From Magnetococcales bacterium DCbin4 (lineage in GTDB: Bacteria; Pseudomonadota; Magnetococcia; Magnetococcales; UBA8363): a stretch of 64,000 bases of DNA. The stretch covers positions 15,926-79,925 of the forward strand of contig PEAN01000009.1 of NCBI GenBank assembly GCA_002753735.1, in the 5' to 3' direction. A program made the position numbers and the translations under genes. Positions 9,228 to 18,056 of the stretch are shown piece after piece (positions within the stretch are counted from its first letter, which is position 1; the number at the start of each line of letters is the position of its first letter). The notes under the pieces are model-generated. The model was not told the DNA's origin, made no database searches, and saw nothing but the letters and a program-made list of their open reading frames with translations.

Positions 9228-10470
9228 GCTTATTGTCATGGACTCTAATAACAGGGATCGATCCATGAGTCACCATTGGCCTACGCCTCTGAAAATATAC
9301 ATCGTTTGGCATTACGAATCTTCCGAAGGTGGGCGGATTGCCCAGGATTTGTTCCGTTTTTTCTTCCGCAACGTTGAAACTGACCGGGAAAAGGGAATCG
9401 GCATTCCTGTGTTCTACCGTCGCGGTGAACCTGGAGTGCCCATTCGTCCCATCCATGCCTCCGAAGCAACTTCTGAGGCCATTGTCGTGATTGTCCTGGT
9501 GGACGAATTTCTCATTGACGCCTGTCAAGCGGATCAAGACCGTCACTGGTTGCAGTTCATGGGCGAAACCCGCAAATGGGTTGATGAGGATCCGGTCAAA
9601 CGATTATTGCTTCCCGTTGCGCTTTGTCGCGAGGCACTTCGGGCCGGATTGCCTTCCTTGGAAAAACTCCAAGCCCATCGATGGTTTGATCGATCGGCAG
9701 AATACGGAATGGATCGTTTTTCCAAATGCATGCTCCATTTGACGATTGAGTTGACGGCGTCGATGGCTTCGCTTTTGATGTCACAGGCTTCCTCTTTTCC
9801 TGAAGATAAGCCAAAAAGAGTTCGGTTGTTTCTGAGCCATGCCAAAATCGACGGCCGCGATGTGACCTTGAATTTCAGGCAGGAGATTCAGCGAACCCGG
9901 GGGCTTTGTGACTTCTTTGACGAGCATGACCTTGACATCGGATCTGATTTTGAGTTGGCCCTTGAACATGGGGTTCACAATTCAAATGCGTTGTTGGTCA
10001 TCCTGACCGACCAGTACTCCCAGCGGGAATGGTGCTGCCGGGAAGTATTGACGGCAAAAAAGAAACATCTTCCCATTCTTCTGGCGTATGCGGTGCACCA
10101 GGAAGAGAGGCGAAGTTTTCCCTACCTTGGCAATGTTCCCTCAGTCCCGTTTTTCGCAGCGGATTCTTCCGAGGCGGTGTTGCGGGTATTGCAGCAAATC
10201 TTGAAAGAAATATTACGGATGGCGTTTTGGCGATCCAGAACGGAGCCGTTGAATGCATCCCCTGAGGCGCATGATGCGACCTGGTTTTTTCCCAATCCTC
10301 CAGAGTTGCTGACTTTGCTGCATGATTGTCATGAAAAAAGCGGTATGTTTCCAAAGAAGATCGTTTATCCCGATCCTCCTTTAAATGTTCATGAAAAAGG
10401 GGTGTTGGAGATGGTATTGCCGGGGACATCCCAACTGGTCACCTTGTCGCAATTTCTGGCCGAGGGATGA
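9217..10470 (+). CDS. TIR domain protein (C-terminal half TIR, N-terminal half possibly a second degenerate TIR-like fold)
   Basis: VRLFLSHAKIDGRD...FFDEHDLDIGSDF...LLVILTDQYSQREWCCREVL fits the bacterial TIR pattern, including the W-x-x-x-E glutamate at nt 10042-10044. The start is ambiguous: GTG 9217, ATG 9238, or ATG 9265 preceded by AGGGA. Confidence 0.65.
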   Translation: MLILLIVMDSNNRDRSMSHHWPTPLKIYIVWHYESSEGGRIAQDLFRFFFRNVETDREKGIGIPVFYRRGEPGVPIRPIHASEATSEAIVVIVLVDEFLIDACQADQDRHWLQFMGETRKWVDEDPVKRLLLPVALCREALRAGLPSLEKLQAHRWFDRSAEYGMDRFSKCMLHLTIELTASMASLLMSQASSFPEDKPKRVRLFLSHAKIDGRDVTLNFRQEIQRTRGLCDFFDEHDLDIGSDFELALEHGVHNSNALLVILTDQYSQREWCCREVLTAKKKHLPILLAYAVHQEERRSFPYLGNVPSVPFFAADSSEAVLRVLQQILKEILRMAFWRSRTEPLNASPEAHDATWFFPNPPELLTLLHDCHEKSGMFPKKIVYPDPPLNVHEKGVLEMVLPGTSQLVTLSQFLAEG

Positions 10471-10485
10471 TGATTGGAGAATCTG

Positions 10486-11310
10486 ATGTCAGATCAAAGA
10501 GTTTCTCTTGATGGGATCAGGGTTGGGTTATCGATTTCCGACAGCCCCGATTTGATCCGGTTGGGATTGGACAAGGAACATGTCCATGATGCCGTGATCA
10601 CTCTGGCGACAGCGCTGCTTGCAAAAGGGGGGGAGATCGCCTATGGCGGTGATTTGCGTCCGCAAGGTTTTACCCGAACATTGATCCGTTCAGCCCAGAT
10701 GTACAATGACACCCGCCAGGCTGGTGATTCTCGGTCTTTCGCCAAAATATTCAGCTATCTGGCTGGGGTGGTCAGACAGAATTGGACCGCATCGGATCGG
10801 GTCAAATGTCGTCGGGAATTTGAGGGGGCGGTTGCCATCATTGACGACTTTCCCGCTCCTGGAAATCCAGATCTGGTGGATCCTTGGCCCGCCTCGCTGA
10901 CTTCGATGAGGGAAAGAATCACCGATGATTGTCGTGCCTATGTGTTCATGGGGGGCCAGGTGACAAATTTCAAAGGGGCCCTACCCGGTATTGCCGAGGA
11001 AGCTTTGTTGATGTTGAAAAAAAAGAAACCCATTTATCTGGTGGGAGGCTTTGGTGGTTGTACTTCTGACCTGATCAAGTCGATCTGGGGGTTGAAACCA
11101 CCGGTCGATCTGGACCGTGAAGCGGCGAAGAATGATTTTCGCTATCTCAAGGCACTCGAACAAATTGCCCTTTATAAGGACCACTTTCCAAATAATGGTC
11201 TGACTCTGGAAGAAAATCATGCACTTGCTGCAATGGATGATTCCAATCAGTTCCTTCCCATGATTCTTCGGGGAATTTCCAAAGCGTGTCAGACTAAAAA
11301 AAATTATTGA
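10486..11310 (+). CDS. SLOG / LOG-like Rossmannoid domain protein with no additional domain
   Basis: YGGDLRPQGFT and FMGGQVTNFKGALPGIAEEALLMLKKKKPIYLVGGFGG parallel the two glycine-rich loops of LOG/SLOG proteins. ATG 10486 is preceded by GGAGA. The ORF track uses TTG 10474. Confidence 0.5.
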   Translation: MSDQRVSLDGIRVGLSISDSPDLIRLGLDKEHVHDAVITLATALLAKGGEIAYGGDLRPQGFTRTLIRSAQMYNDTRQAGDSRSFAKIFSYLAGVVRQNWTASDRVKCRREFEGAVAIIDDFPAPGNPDLVDPWPASLTSMRERITDDCRAYVFMGGQVTNFKGALPGIAEEALLMLKKKKPIYLVGGFGGCTSDLIKSIWGLKPPVDLDREAAKNDFRYLKALEQIALYKDHFPNNGLTLEENHALAAMDDSNQFLPMILRGISKACQTKKNY

Positions 11311-11453
11311 AAGAAAAAAGGGGGCTTAAGGGATTGCCCCCAGGACTTTGATTTTGATTTTAAATAAAAAGGTTTCCATGCTTAAGCTTTTGACCTTGTT
11401 TCTAAATTGATCACCATGGGGGCAATCCCTTAAGCCCCCTTTTTTCTTTCAAT
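11306..11453. mobile_element. MITE-like element, 148 bp, with perfect 37-bp terminal inverted repeats
   Basis: ATTGAAAGAAAAAAGGGGGCTTAAGGGATTGCCCCCA at 11306-11342 equals the reverse complement of 11417-11453. Each arm contains a GGGGGC/GCCCCC hairpin. The stop codon of the SLOG gene (11308-11310) lies inside the left arm. Confidence 0.7.
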
Positions 11454-11519
11454 AATCCCGAACCGGGGAGGCCCCTGGGCAGTTACCAATCATTTTGAAT
11501 GTCAACAGGCCCGGAATAT

Positions 11520-12836
11520 TCATGGATTGGGCGGGGTGATGACTTCGATGCCTCCCATGAAGGGACGCAACGCCTTGGGCAAGACCACACTGCCATCGGG
11601 TTGTTGGCCATTTTCCAAAATGGCGACCAGGGCGCGACCGACAGCGACCCCCGATCCATTCAAAGTATGAACCAGTTCAGTCTTTTTCTCACCCGACCTG
11701 CGGAAACGGGCCTTCATGCGTCGGGCCTGAAACGCCTGGGTGTCGGAACACGACGAAATTTCCCGGTAACACCCTTGGCCCGGTAACCAGACTTCCAGAT
11801 CATAAGTTTTGGCTGCGGAAAATCCCATATCGCCGGTACACAGGCTGATGGTCCGGAACGGCAATTCCAAGCGCCGCAATACTTCCTCGGCATGAAGGGT
11901 CAATTGTTCCAACGCCTGGGGACTCTCTTCAGGTCGGGTGATCCAGACCAGCTCCACCTTGTCGAATTGATGTTGGCGGATCAAACCACGGGTATCTTTT
12001 CCCGCCGCACCAGCTTCGCGTCGAAAACAACTGGTCCAGGCGGTCATCCGCATCGGCAGTTGCCGTTCTTCAAGAATGCGGTCCGCCACCAGGTTGGTCA
12101 GGGGAACTTCGGCGGTTGGAATCAAAAACAGCGGATTGTCCCGGCAGGCAAACAAATCTTCTTCAAATTTGGGAAGCTGCCCCGTTCCAAACAAGGTGCG
12201 GTCATTGACCAGCATCGGTGGCATGATTTCAGTATAGCCATGCTCGCCGGTGTGCAGATCCAGCATGAAATTGATCAAAGCCCTGGATAACCGCGCTCCC
12301 ATCCCTTTAAGTACGGTGAACCGTGCCCCCGCCAGTTGCACCCCCGCTTCAAAATCAAGAATACCCAGGGCTTCGCCAATCTCCCAATGGGGTTTGGGTT
12401 TGAAAGGTTCCTGGCCTGCGCTTTTTTCCGTCGGCCAATAGCGCAAAACCACATTGTCCCGCTCATCTTTTCCGTCAGGAACCGATTCCATGGGAATGTT
12501 GGGGATGAGTGCAAGGGATGATTCGACGATACGTTCCTGTTCCCGCAGTTGGGTTTCCAAATTTTTCAACTGGGGACCCAAGGTTTTCATCTCTTCAAAC
12601 AGATCGGAAATATCTTGTTTCGCTGCTTTTCTTCGACCAATTTCATTGGAGATTTCATTGCGACGGGCTTGCAATTTTTCCGTTTCGACCCGAATTTCGC
12701 GCAACTTGGCTTCGGAAGCGTGAAACCCCGACAAATCGATTTTGCCCCCACGGCGTTTCAACTGTTCTTCCACCTTCTGGGGGTGTTCGCGAATCAACTT
12801 GATATCCAACACGGCCTGACGTTCTCCCTGGTTCAT
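11520..12836 (-). CDS. serS: Seryl-tRNA synthetase
   Basis: 438 aa. [10 protein letters not shown] is followed by a coiled-coil arm and a class II core (FRREAG..., GSGVAVGR). The ATG at 12836 gives a 9-aa extension. GTG 12812 or TTG 12809 are alternative starts. Confidence 0.92.
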   Translation of the reverse strand: MNQGERQAVLDIKLIREHPQKVEEQLKRRGGKIDLSGFHASEAKLREIRVETEKLQARRNEISNEIGRRKAAKQDISDLFEEMKTLGPQLKNLETQLREQERIVESSLALIPNIPMESVPDGKDERDNVVLRYWPTEKSAGQEPFKPKPHWEIGEALGILDFEAGVQLAGARFTVLKGMGARLSRALINFMLDLHTGEHGYTEIMPPMLVNDRTLFGTGQLPKFEEDLFACRDNPLFLIPTAEVPLTNLVADRILEERQLPMRMTAWTSCFRREAGAAGKDTRGLIRQHQFDKVELVWITRPEESPQALEQLTLHAEEVLRRLELPFRTISLCTGDMGFSAAKTYDLEVWLPGQGCYREISSCSDTQAFQARRMKARFRRSGEKKTELVHTLNGSGVAVGRALVAILENGQQPDGSVVLPKALRPFMGGIEVITPPNP

Positions 12837-12917
12837 GAATGGGAAAAAATGATCAAGCTGAAAAAAGCAATTCCCGCGCAGACGGGAACCTTGTTTTTCC
12901 CTTGATGATTTTTTCGC

Positions 12918-15698
12918 TCAACCTTCTTCCCCTTCGTCTATTTCCGTTACCTCAGGTGCTTCCGATACTTCAGATACTTCCGATACTTCCGATACTTCAG
13001 ATACTTCAGATACTTCCGATACTTCTGATTCTTCCGACTCGGCAATCCGGGTCACCGAAGTCACTCGTTCACCTTCGGCCACACTCAAAATCGTCACGCC
13101 CGTGGCATTGCGTCCCGTCAGGCGGATGGTATCGACATTGGTGCGCAATACCGTCCCTTTGTCGGTGATCAACATGATCTGGTCTCCCGGCCAGACCGTC
13201 AGATTGTCTACCACGGGTCCATTGCGGGTACTCACGCCAATCCCAATCACCCCTTGTGTTCCCCGTCCCTTGGTGGGAAACAACGCTTCTGCCGTTCGTT
13301 TGCCAAAACCATTCTCGGTGATCGTCAGGACCTGACAGCCTGAACCCGGCTCCAGGACATTCAATGCGATCACCCGATCCGTCCCTTTCAGGCGCATCCC
13401 ACGGACGCCACGCGCCACCCGGCCCATGCGTCGTACTTGTATCGTGCGAAAACGAACCGCCTTGCCATCACGGGAAAACAACATGATCCGACCCGGACGT
13501 TGAGTATCAGAGACCTCCGCCTCTCCCACCGCTTCTCCCAGCTCTTCGTCGTCGTCGGCATCGTCGATGACTTCCTCTTCTTCCTCTTCGTCGACCCGTT
13601 CTTCATCTCCGCCGCCACTACGTTCTTCCGGCAGGATCGGCAGCAAGGCAACGCCGACAAGGTCGTCACCATCACGCAGATCGACCGCACGCAAACCATT
13701 CATGCGAATATTGGCATAGGCGGACAAAACCGTTTTTTTGATCAATCCCAAACCGGTGGCAAACAATAATTCCCAATTGCCCCATTCCTCATCGGCGATG
13801 GGGGCGGGGAGGATCTGACGAACTTTTTCGTTTTGTTCCAACGACAACAGGTTGACGATGGGCCGACCCCGCGCCGACCGTGACGCCTGGGGAATTTCAT
13901 AGACCTTCAACTTGAATACCCGTCCGCGATCAGTGAAACAAAGAATGGTGTCATGCGTCGAGGCCACGAACAGTTGCGAAATGAAATCTTCATCCCGCAT
14001 CCCCGTTGCCGACTTTCCTTTGCCGCCGCGCTTTTGAATCCGATACTCATCGCTGGGCTGGCGCTTGATGTAGCCGGCATGACTGACGGTGACGATCATC
14101 TCTTCATCAGCGATCAGATCGGCAGCACACAGGTCAGCCCCCCCATCCACGATTTCAGTGCGACGGGCATCACCAAACATCGTTTTGATTTCGGTGAGTT
14201 CGTTCTTGATGACCTCCATCAAAACCGTGTCGGAGGCCAGAATGGAGCGCAACCGGGCGATCTGAGACAAGGTTTCCTCGAACTCCTGGTGGATCTTCTC
14301 CTGCTCCAAACCCGTCAAGCGGTGCAGGCGCATGTCGAGGATGGCCTGGGCCTGGGTATCGGTCAGGCGATATCCCCCGGGGACGAATTGGGGTGATGCA
14401 ACGTCTCCTTCTCCCATGGCGCGGGCCAGCATCACTTCCACCGGTCCACGCTCCCATAATTCTTCCGTCAGCCAGGTCTTGGCAACCGCAGGGTTGGGGG
14501 CTTTGCGGATCAGTTCGATGATACGGTCAATATTGGCCAGGGCTACTGCCAGTCCTTCCAAAAGGTGGGAGCGGGCCTGGGCCTTGTTTAATTCAAACTG
14601 CGTGCGCCGGGTGACCACCTCGCGACGGTGGTTGACGAATTCATTCAGCGTTCGGGAAAGGTTGAGCAGTTCCGGCTTTCCCTGGACCAGGGCCAGCGTG
14701 TTGATGCCGAAACTTGATTGCAGCGCGGTGTGTTTGTACAGCAGGTTCAACAAAAGATCGGGTTGGGTGTCACGTTTCAGTTCAATGACGATGCGCATCC
14801 CCTCCCGATCCGATTCATCGCGCAGATCAGAGATGCCGGTGATTTTCTTTTCGCGAACCAGTTCGGCGATCCGTTCCACCAGTCGGGCTTTGTTGACCTG
14901 GTAGGGCAACTCCGACACGATGATCGCTTCGCGACCATCCTTTTTTTGTTCGATGCTGGTCCTGGCCCGGACTACGATGGATCCGCGTCCCGTTTCATAG
15001 CCACTGCGAATCCCAGCACGGCCATGGATGATGCCACCCGTGGGAAAATCGGGGCCGGGAACAAATTTCATGAGTTCCTGAACACTCAGATGGGGATTGT
15101 CGATCAGGGCACAGGTGGCGTCAATGATTTCACTCAGATTGTGGGGCGGAATATTGGTCGCCATCCCAACGGCGATCCCGGAGGAACCATTGATCAACAG
15201 GTTGGGAAATTTTGCCGGGAGTATGACCGGTTCCATGAGGGAGCCGTCATAGTTGTTGACAAAATCGACCGTTTCCTTGTCGATGTCGGCAAGCAGTTCT
15301 CCCGCCAGTCGGGTCATGCGCACTTCGGTATAACGCATCGCGGCAGCCGAATCGCCATCGACCGAGCCAAAGTTCCCCTGACCATCAACCAGGGGATAGC
15401 GCATGGAAAAATGTTGCGCCATGCGCACAATGGTGTCGTACACGGCGACATCGCCATGGGGATGATATTTACCAATGACATCACCGACCACACGCGCCGA
15501 TTTTTTGTAGGCGCGATTCCAATCGTTGCCCAATTCGTTCATGGCAAAGAGGACTCGGCGATGAACCGGTTTCAAGCCGTCACGGACATCGGGCAACGCC
15601 CGGCCCACGATGACGCTCATGGCGTAATCGAGGTAGGAGGTCCGCATTTCGTCTTCGATGTTGACGGGAATCTGTTTGGCGCTGTCGGCGTCGCTCAT
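12918..15698 (-). CDS. gyrA: DNA gyrase subunit A
   Basis: 926 aa. It has [31 protein letters not shown], the [16 protein letters not shown] region and the AAAMRYTE active-site Tyr context. The CTD pinwheel carries an acidic insertion and a repetitive acidic tail. Confidence 0.95.
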   Translation of the reverse strand: MSDADSAKQIPVNIEDEMRTSYLDYAMSVIVGRALPDVRDGLKPVHRRVLFAMNELGNDWNRAYKKSARVVGDVIGKYHPHGDVAVYDTIVRMAQHFSMRYPLVDGQGNFGSVDGDSAAAMRYTEVRMTRLAGELLADIDKETVDFVNNYDGSLMEPVILPAKFPNLLINGSSGIAVGMATNIPPHNLSEIIDATCALIDNPHLSVQELMKFVPGPDFPTGGIIHGRAGIRSGYETGRGSIVVRARTSIEQKKDGREAIIVSELPYQVNKARLVERIAELVREKKITGISDLRDESDREGMRIVIELKRDTQPDLLLNLLYKHTALQSSFGINTLALVQGKPELLNLSRTLNEFVNHRREVVTRRTQFELNKAQARSHLLEGLAVALANIDRIIELIRKAPNPAVAKTWLTEELWERGPVEVMLARAMGEGDVASPQFVPGGYRLTDTQAQAILDMRLHRLTGLEQEKIHQEFEETLSQIARLRSILASDTVLMEVIKNELTEIKTMFGDARRTEIVDGGADLCAADLIADEEMIVTVSHAGYIKRQPSDEYRIQKRGGKGKSATGMRDEDFISQLFVASTHDTILCFTDRGRVFKLKVYEIPQASRSARGRPIVNLLSLEQNEKVRQILPAPIADEEWGNWELLFATGLGLIKKTVLSAYANIRMNGLRAVDLRDGDDLVGVALLPILPEERSGGGDEERVDEEEEEEVIDDADDDEELGEAVGEAEVSDTQRPGRIMLFSRDGKAVRFRTIQVRRMGRVARGVRGMRLKGTDRVIALNVLEPGSGCQVLTITENGFGKRTAEALFPTKGRGTQGVIGIGVSTRNGPVVDNLTVWPGDQIMLITDKGTVLRTNVDTIRLTGRNATGVTILSVAEGERVTSVTRIAESEESEVSEVSEVSEVSEVSEVSEVSEAPEVTEIDEGEEG
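12964..13035. repeat. 9-bp tandem repeat (GATACTTCN) x7 plus one degenerate unit, encoding the (SEV)n tail of GyrA
   Basis: Read directly from the sequence. Units start at 12964, 12973, 12982, 12991, 13000, 13009 and 13018, and the degenerate unit starts at 13027. Confidence 0.9.
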
Positions 15699-16021
15699 GA
15701 ACGGGTCGCTGGTTGCGGGTAGGAACGATCAAAGCCAGGATTGGCCAAGGGCTTGAAACGGATCAAGGCGCTTGATGATCGAAAGTAAGATTCTACCCGA
15801 TTTCCCGCCGCTTGCCCACCCCTTTCAATCATCAGGAAGAAAATGGGATCCCGCCGCCGCGGAAATCACGGGGAATACGACTCAAGGTTTTGATTCTGTT
15901 TTGAGATTTCTTCCCAGGAGAAACAAAAAACAAATGCGGATCAGGTAAACAATCGTCATTCCCATGAATGCGGGAACTAATTTTTTCCTGGCAGCAGGGA
16001 ATGATACATCCCAGGGAGGTC

Positions 16022-16771
16022 TCAGGAGGAAAGATTCTTTCCTTCGATGTTGATGAGAATGGAGGTGTGACCGATGCGCATGATGGCACAGTCGGTCAGG
16101 GGGATGGAATCGTTGAGGCTGTCGGTTGAATATTGGAACCCACAGCCGAACTCGCCCTCCATTTTTTTGATTCTCCAACCAAACAGACGGCTGTAGCCGA
16201 TCACCAGATGTTCATGGAACAGTTCGTCATCGCTGACGTGAATGTATTCCTTCTTCCGGTCCTGGCAATCGGTGCCGTTACCGAAGACAATGGTGTGCTT
16301 TCCTTTTCCCGGTATGATGATTTGTTTGGGCAGGTTGTCGGTTTTGACGATGATCTCCAGTTGTTCATATCCCCCCAGGAAAATGGCGATATGACGCAAC
16401 GTCGCATACCACAGTTCACGCATGGCCACTGCGATCTCGGAGGCGATCTCCCCGGGATGCGGGACGAACCGATCATCCAGATGAACCAGGGGGTTGAAAC
16501 GGGCCATCCGTTGGGACACATGGGCAAACCAGGTTTTGTCCGGGGAAGCGGCATGCAGGGCGTCGGTCTCGACGCGTGGCAGGTGGATTGAAGTGGGGAA
16601 GGAAAACAGTGCAGACAAACGTGCCTTGAAATCCCAATGATGGAACAAATGCGGGCTGAAAAAATAGGACAGATGGGACGAGGCGAAGACTCGGGCAACC
16701 GCTTGCACGATGGCAATCCAGGATCTGAAGATCCGGTAGTGAATAAACCTGGGTGTCAGCGTGGAAAACAT
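16022..16771 (-). CDS. Hypothetical protein (no family recognised)
   Basis: 249-aa ORF with an ATG start and non-repetitive composition. The overlapping ORFs in other frames look like shadows. I recognise no motif. Confidence 0.4.
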   Translation of the reverse strand: MFSTLTPRFIHYRIFRSWIAIVQAVARVFASSHLSYFFSPHLFHHWDFKARLSALFSFPTSIHLPRVETDALHAASPDKTWFAHVSQRMARFNPLVHLDDRFVPHPGEIASEIAVAMRELWYATLRHIAIFLGGYEQLEIIVKTDNLPKQIIIPGKGKHTIVFGNGTDCQDRKKEYIHVSDDELFHEHLVIGYSRLFGWRIKKMEGEFGCGFQYSTDSLNDSIPLTDCAIMRIGHTSILINIEGKNLSS

Positions 16772-16980
16772 GTTTCAATCCGAGTTTTGTGTGCCCTGAT
16801 GATTGGTTCGGCAAATGGGGGCCAGGGCTTGAATCATTCTCGCACCCATCATTGAAGGAATTATACTCTGGCTGATTGTCGGTTGTCATCATCCGAATGC
16901 ATCCCATGGTCGGTTTTTCTTTTCCACCCCGGGCGATCTGCCAGGAACAGGGGGGGAGATTGCGACTCAAGGAGAAATGA

Positions 16981-17958
16981 ATGTCTGAACGAACGGTGAT
17001 CCCCCTGGTACGGCCAGATTTGACCCGGAAGGATCTGGAGGCGGTTGGACGGCAGATGGTGTCAGCCCCATTCCGGGATGATGCGCTGGTGGATCGTTGG
17101 GAATCCATGTGGGCGCAAATCTGGCGGCGTGAGGCGATCCTCTTTGACGATCCGGTGGATGCCGTGGTCGCCCTCAAGGAGGTTCTTGGCTGGCGGGATG
17201 GGGTCCGTGTCGCGGCGGGGGCGGGGATGCATCCGGCGTGGCGGGAAGGGTTTGCCGCAGCCTGGATTCGGGTCGTCCATCACGATACGGCACCGCAACA
17301 GACGCCGGTCATTTCCTCGGATGGTGGTTTTGCAGCTGTTTTTGTGGAACATTTCCAGGGGATTCCAATCCCGGTTCCGGTGGGCCAGGGGGTGGTCCTG
17401 GAAGATCTTTCCTCGATGCCGCTTCCTTTGCCGGGGACGGGTGAAGGGGCGATCCAGTTGATGCTGCTCGATGGCAATGCCATGATCCAGGGGGGGAATG
17501 CGGCGTTGATCTTGTGTCGTGAAGGTGCGTTGGCCTCCAGATTCAGGGAATATCGCACCCCCCCCTCGGGGTTGGTGGCCGCTTTGGGGATGTCACAACT
17601 GGAACAGCGGGAATGCTTGCTGCAACGGCGTACCCTGCTGGCCTCACGTTATCGGGCCATGCGGTCGGGTGGATGGTTCAAAATCCCTTCCGGCACCTCT
17701 GAACGGTGGTGGCATGGATTCCATTTGATGTTCGAGCATGAAGCACAGCGGGATGGATTGATGGCTTTTCTTCGCAAGGGGGGAATCCTGGCGGGTCCGG
17801 CATGGCCATTTTCGTTTCCAGAAGTTGAAAATATGGCATGCAGACGGCAACTGGAACGTTTGGGGTTGGCGCTGCCATTGTATGCCAGTCTTACCGATGC
17901 GCAACAAAAACGAATCATCAACCGCATCCACCGTTGGGTCGGTCGAAATGTTCAATGA
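16981..17958 (+). CDS. DegT/DnrJ/EryC1-like aminotransferase-fold protein, probably lacking the PLP lysine
   Basis: AAGGAG RBS and ATG start. IPLVRPDLTRKDLEAV...DAVVALKEVLGW parallels DegT N-termini. The region expected to carry the S-F-x-x-x-K lysine reads MLLDGNAMIQGGNAALI. Confidence 0.45.
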   Translation: MSERTVIPLVRPDLTRKDLEAVGRQMVSAPFRDDALVDRWESMWAQIWRREAILFDDPVDAVVALKEVLGWRDGVRVAAGAGMHPAWREGFAAAWIRVVHHDTAPQQTPVISSDGGFAAVFVEHFQGIPIPVPVGQGVVLEDLSSMPLPLPGTGEGAIQLMLLDGNAMIQGGNAALILCREGALASRFREYRTPPSGLVAALGMSQLEQRECLLQRRTLLASRYRAMRSGGWFKIPSGTSERWWHGFHLMFEHEAQRDGLMAFLRKGGILAGPAWPFSFPEVENMACRRQLERLGLALPLYASLTDAQQKRIINRIHRWVGRNVQ

Positions 17959-18056
17959 TAAAAATAACATGAAGGAAAACTGTCATCCGGAACTTTGACG
18001 CAACCCCTCAGCCCGTAAGGGTGAGCTTCAATCGGCTTTTTGCATGGCAACAGGTC

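Noticed and set aside
14718-15722. 334-aa plus-strand ORF (and other ORFs at 13437-14904)
   Set aside because: It is antisense shadow of gyrA.
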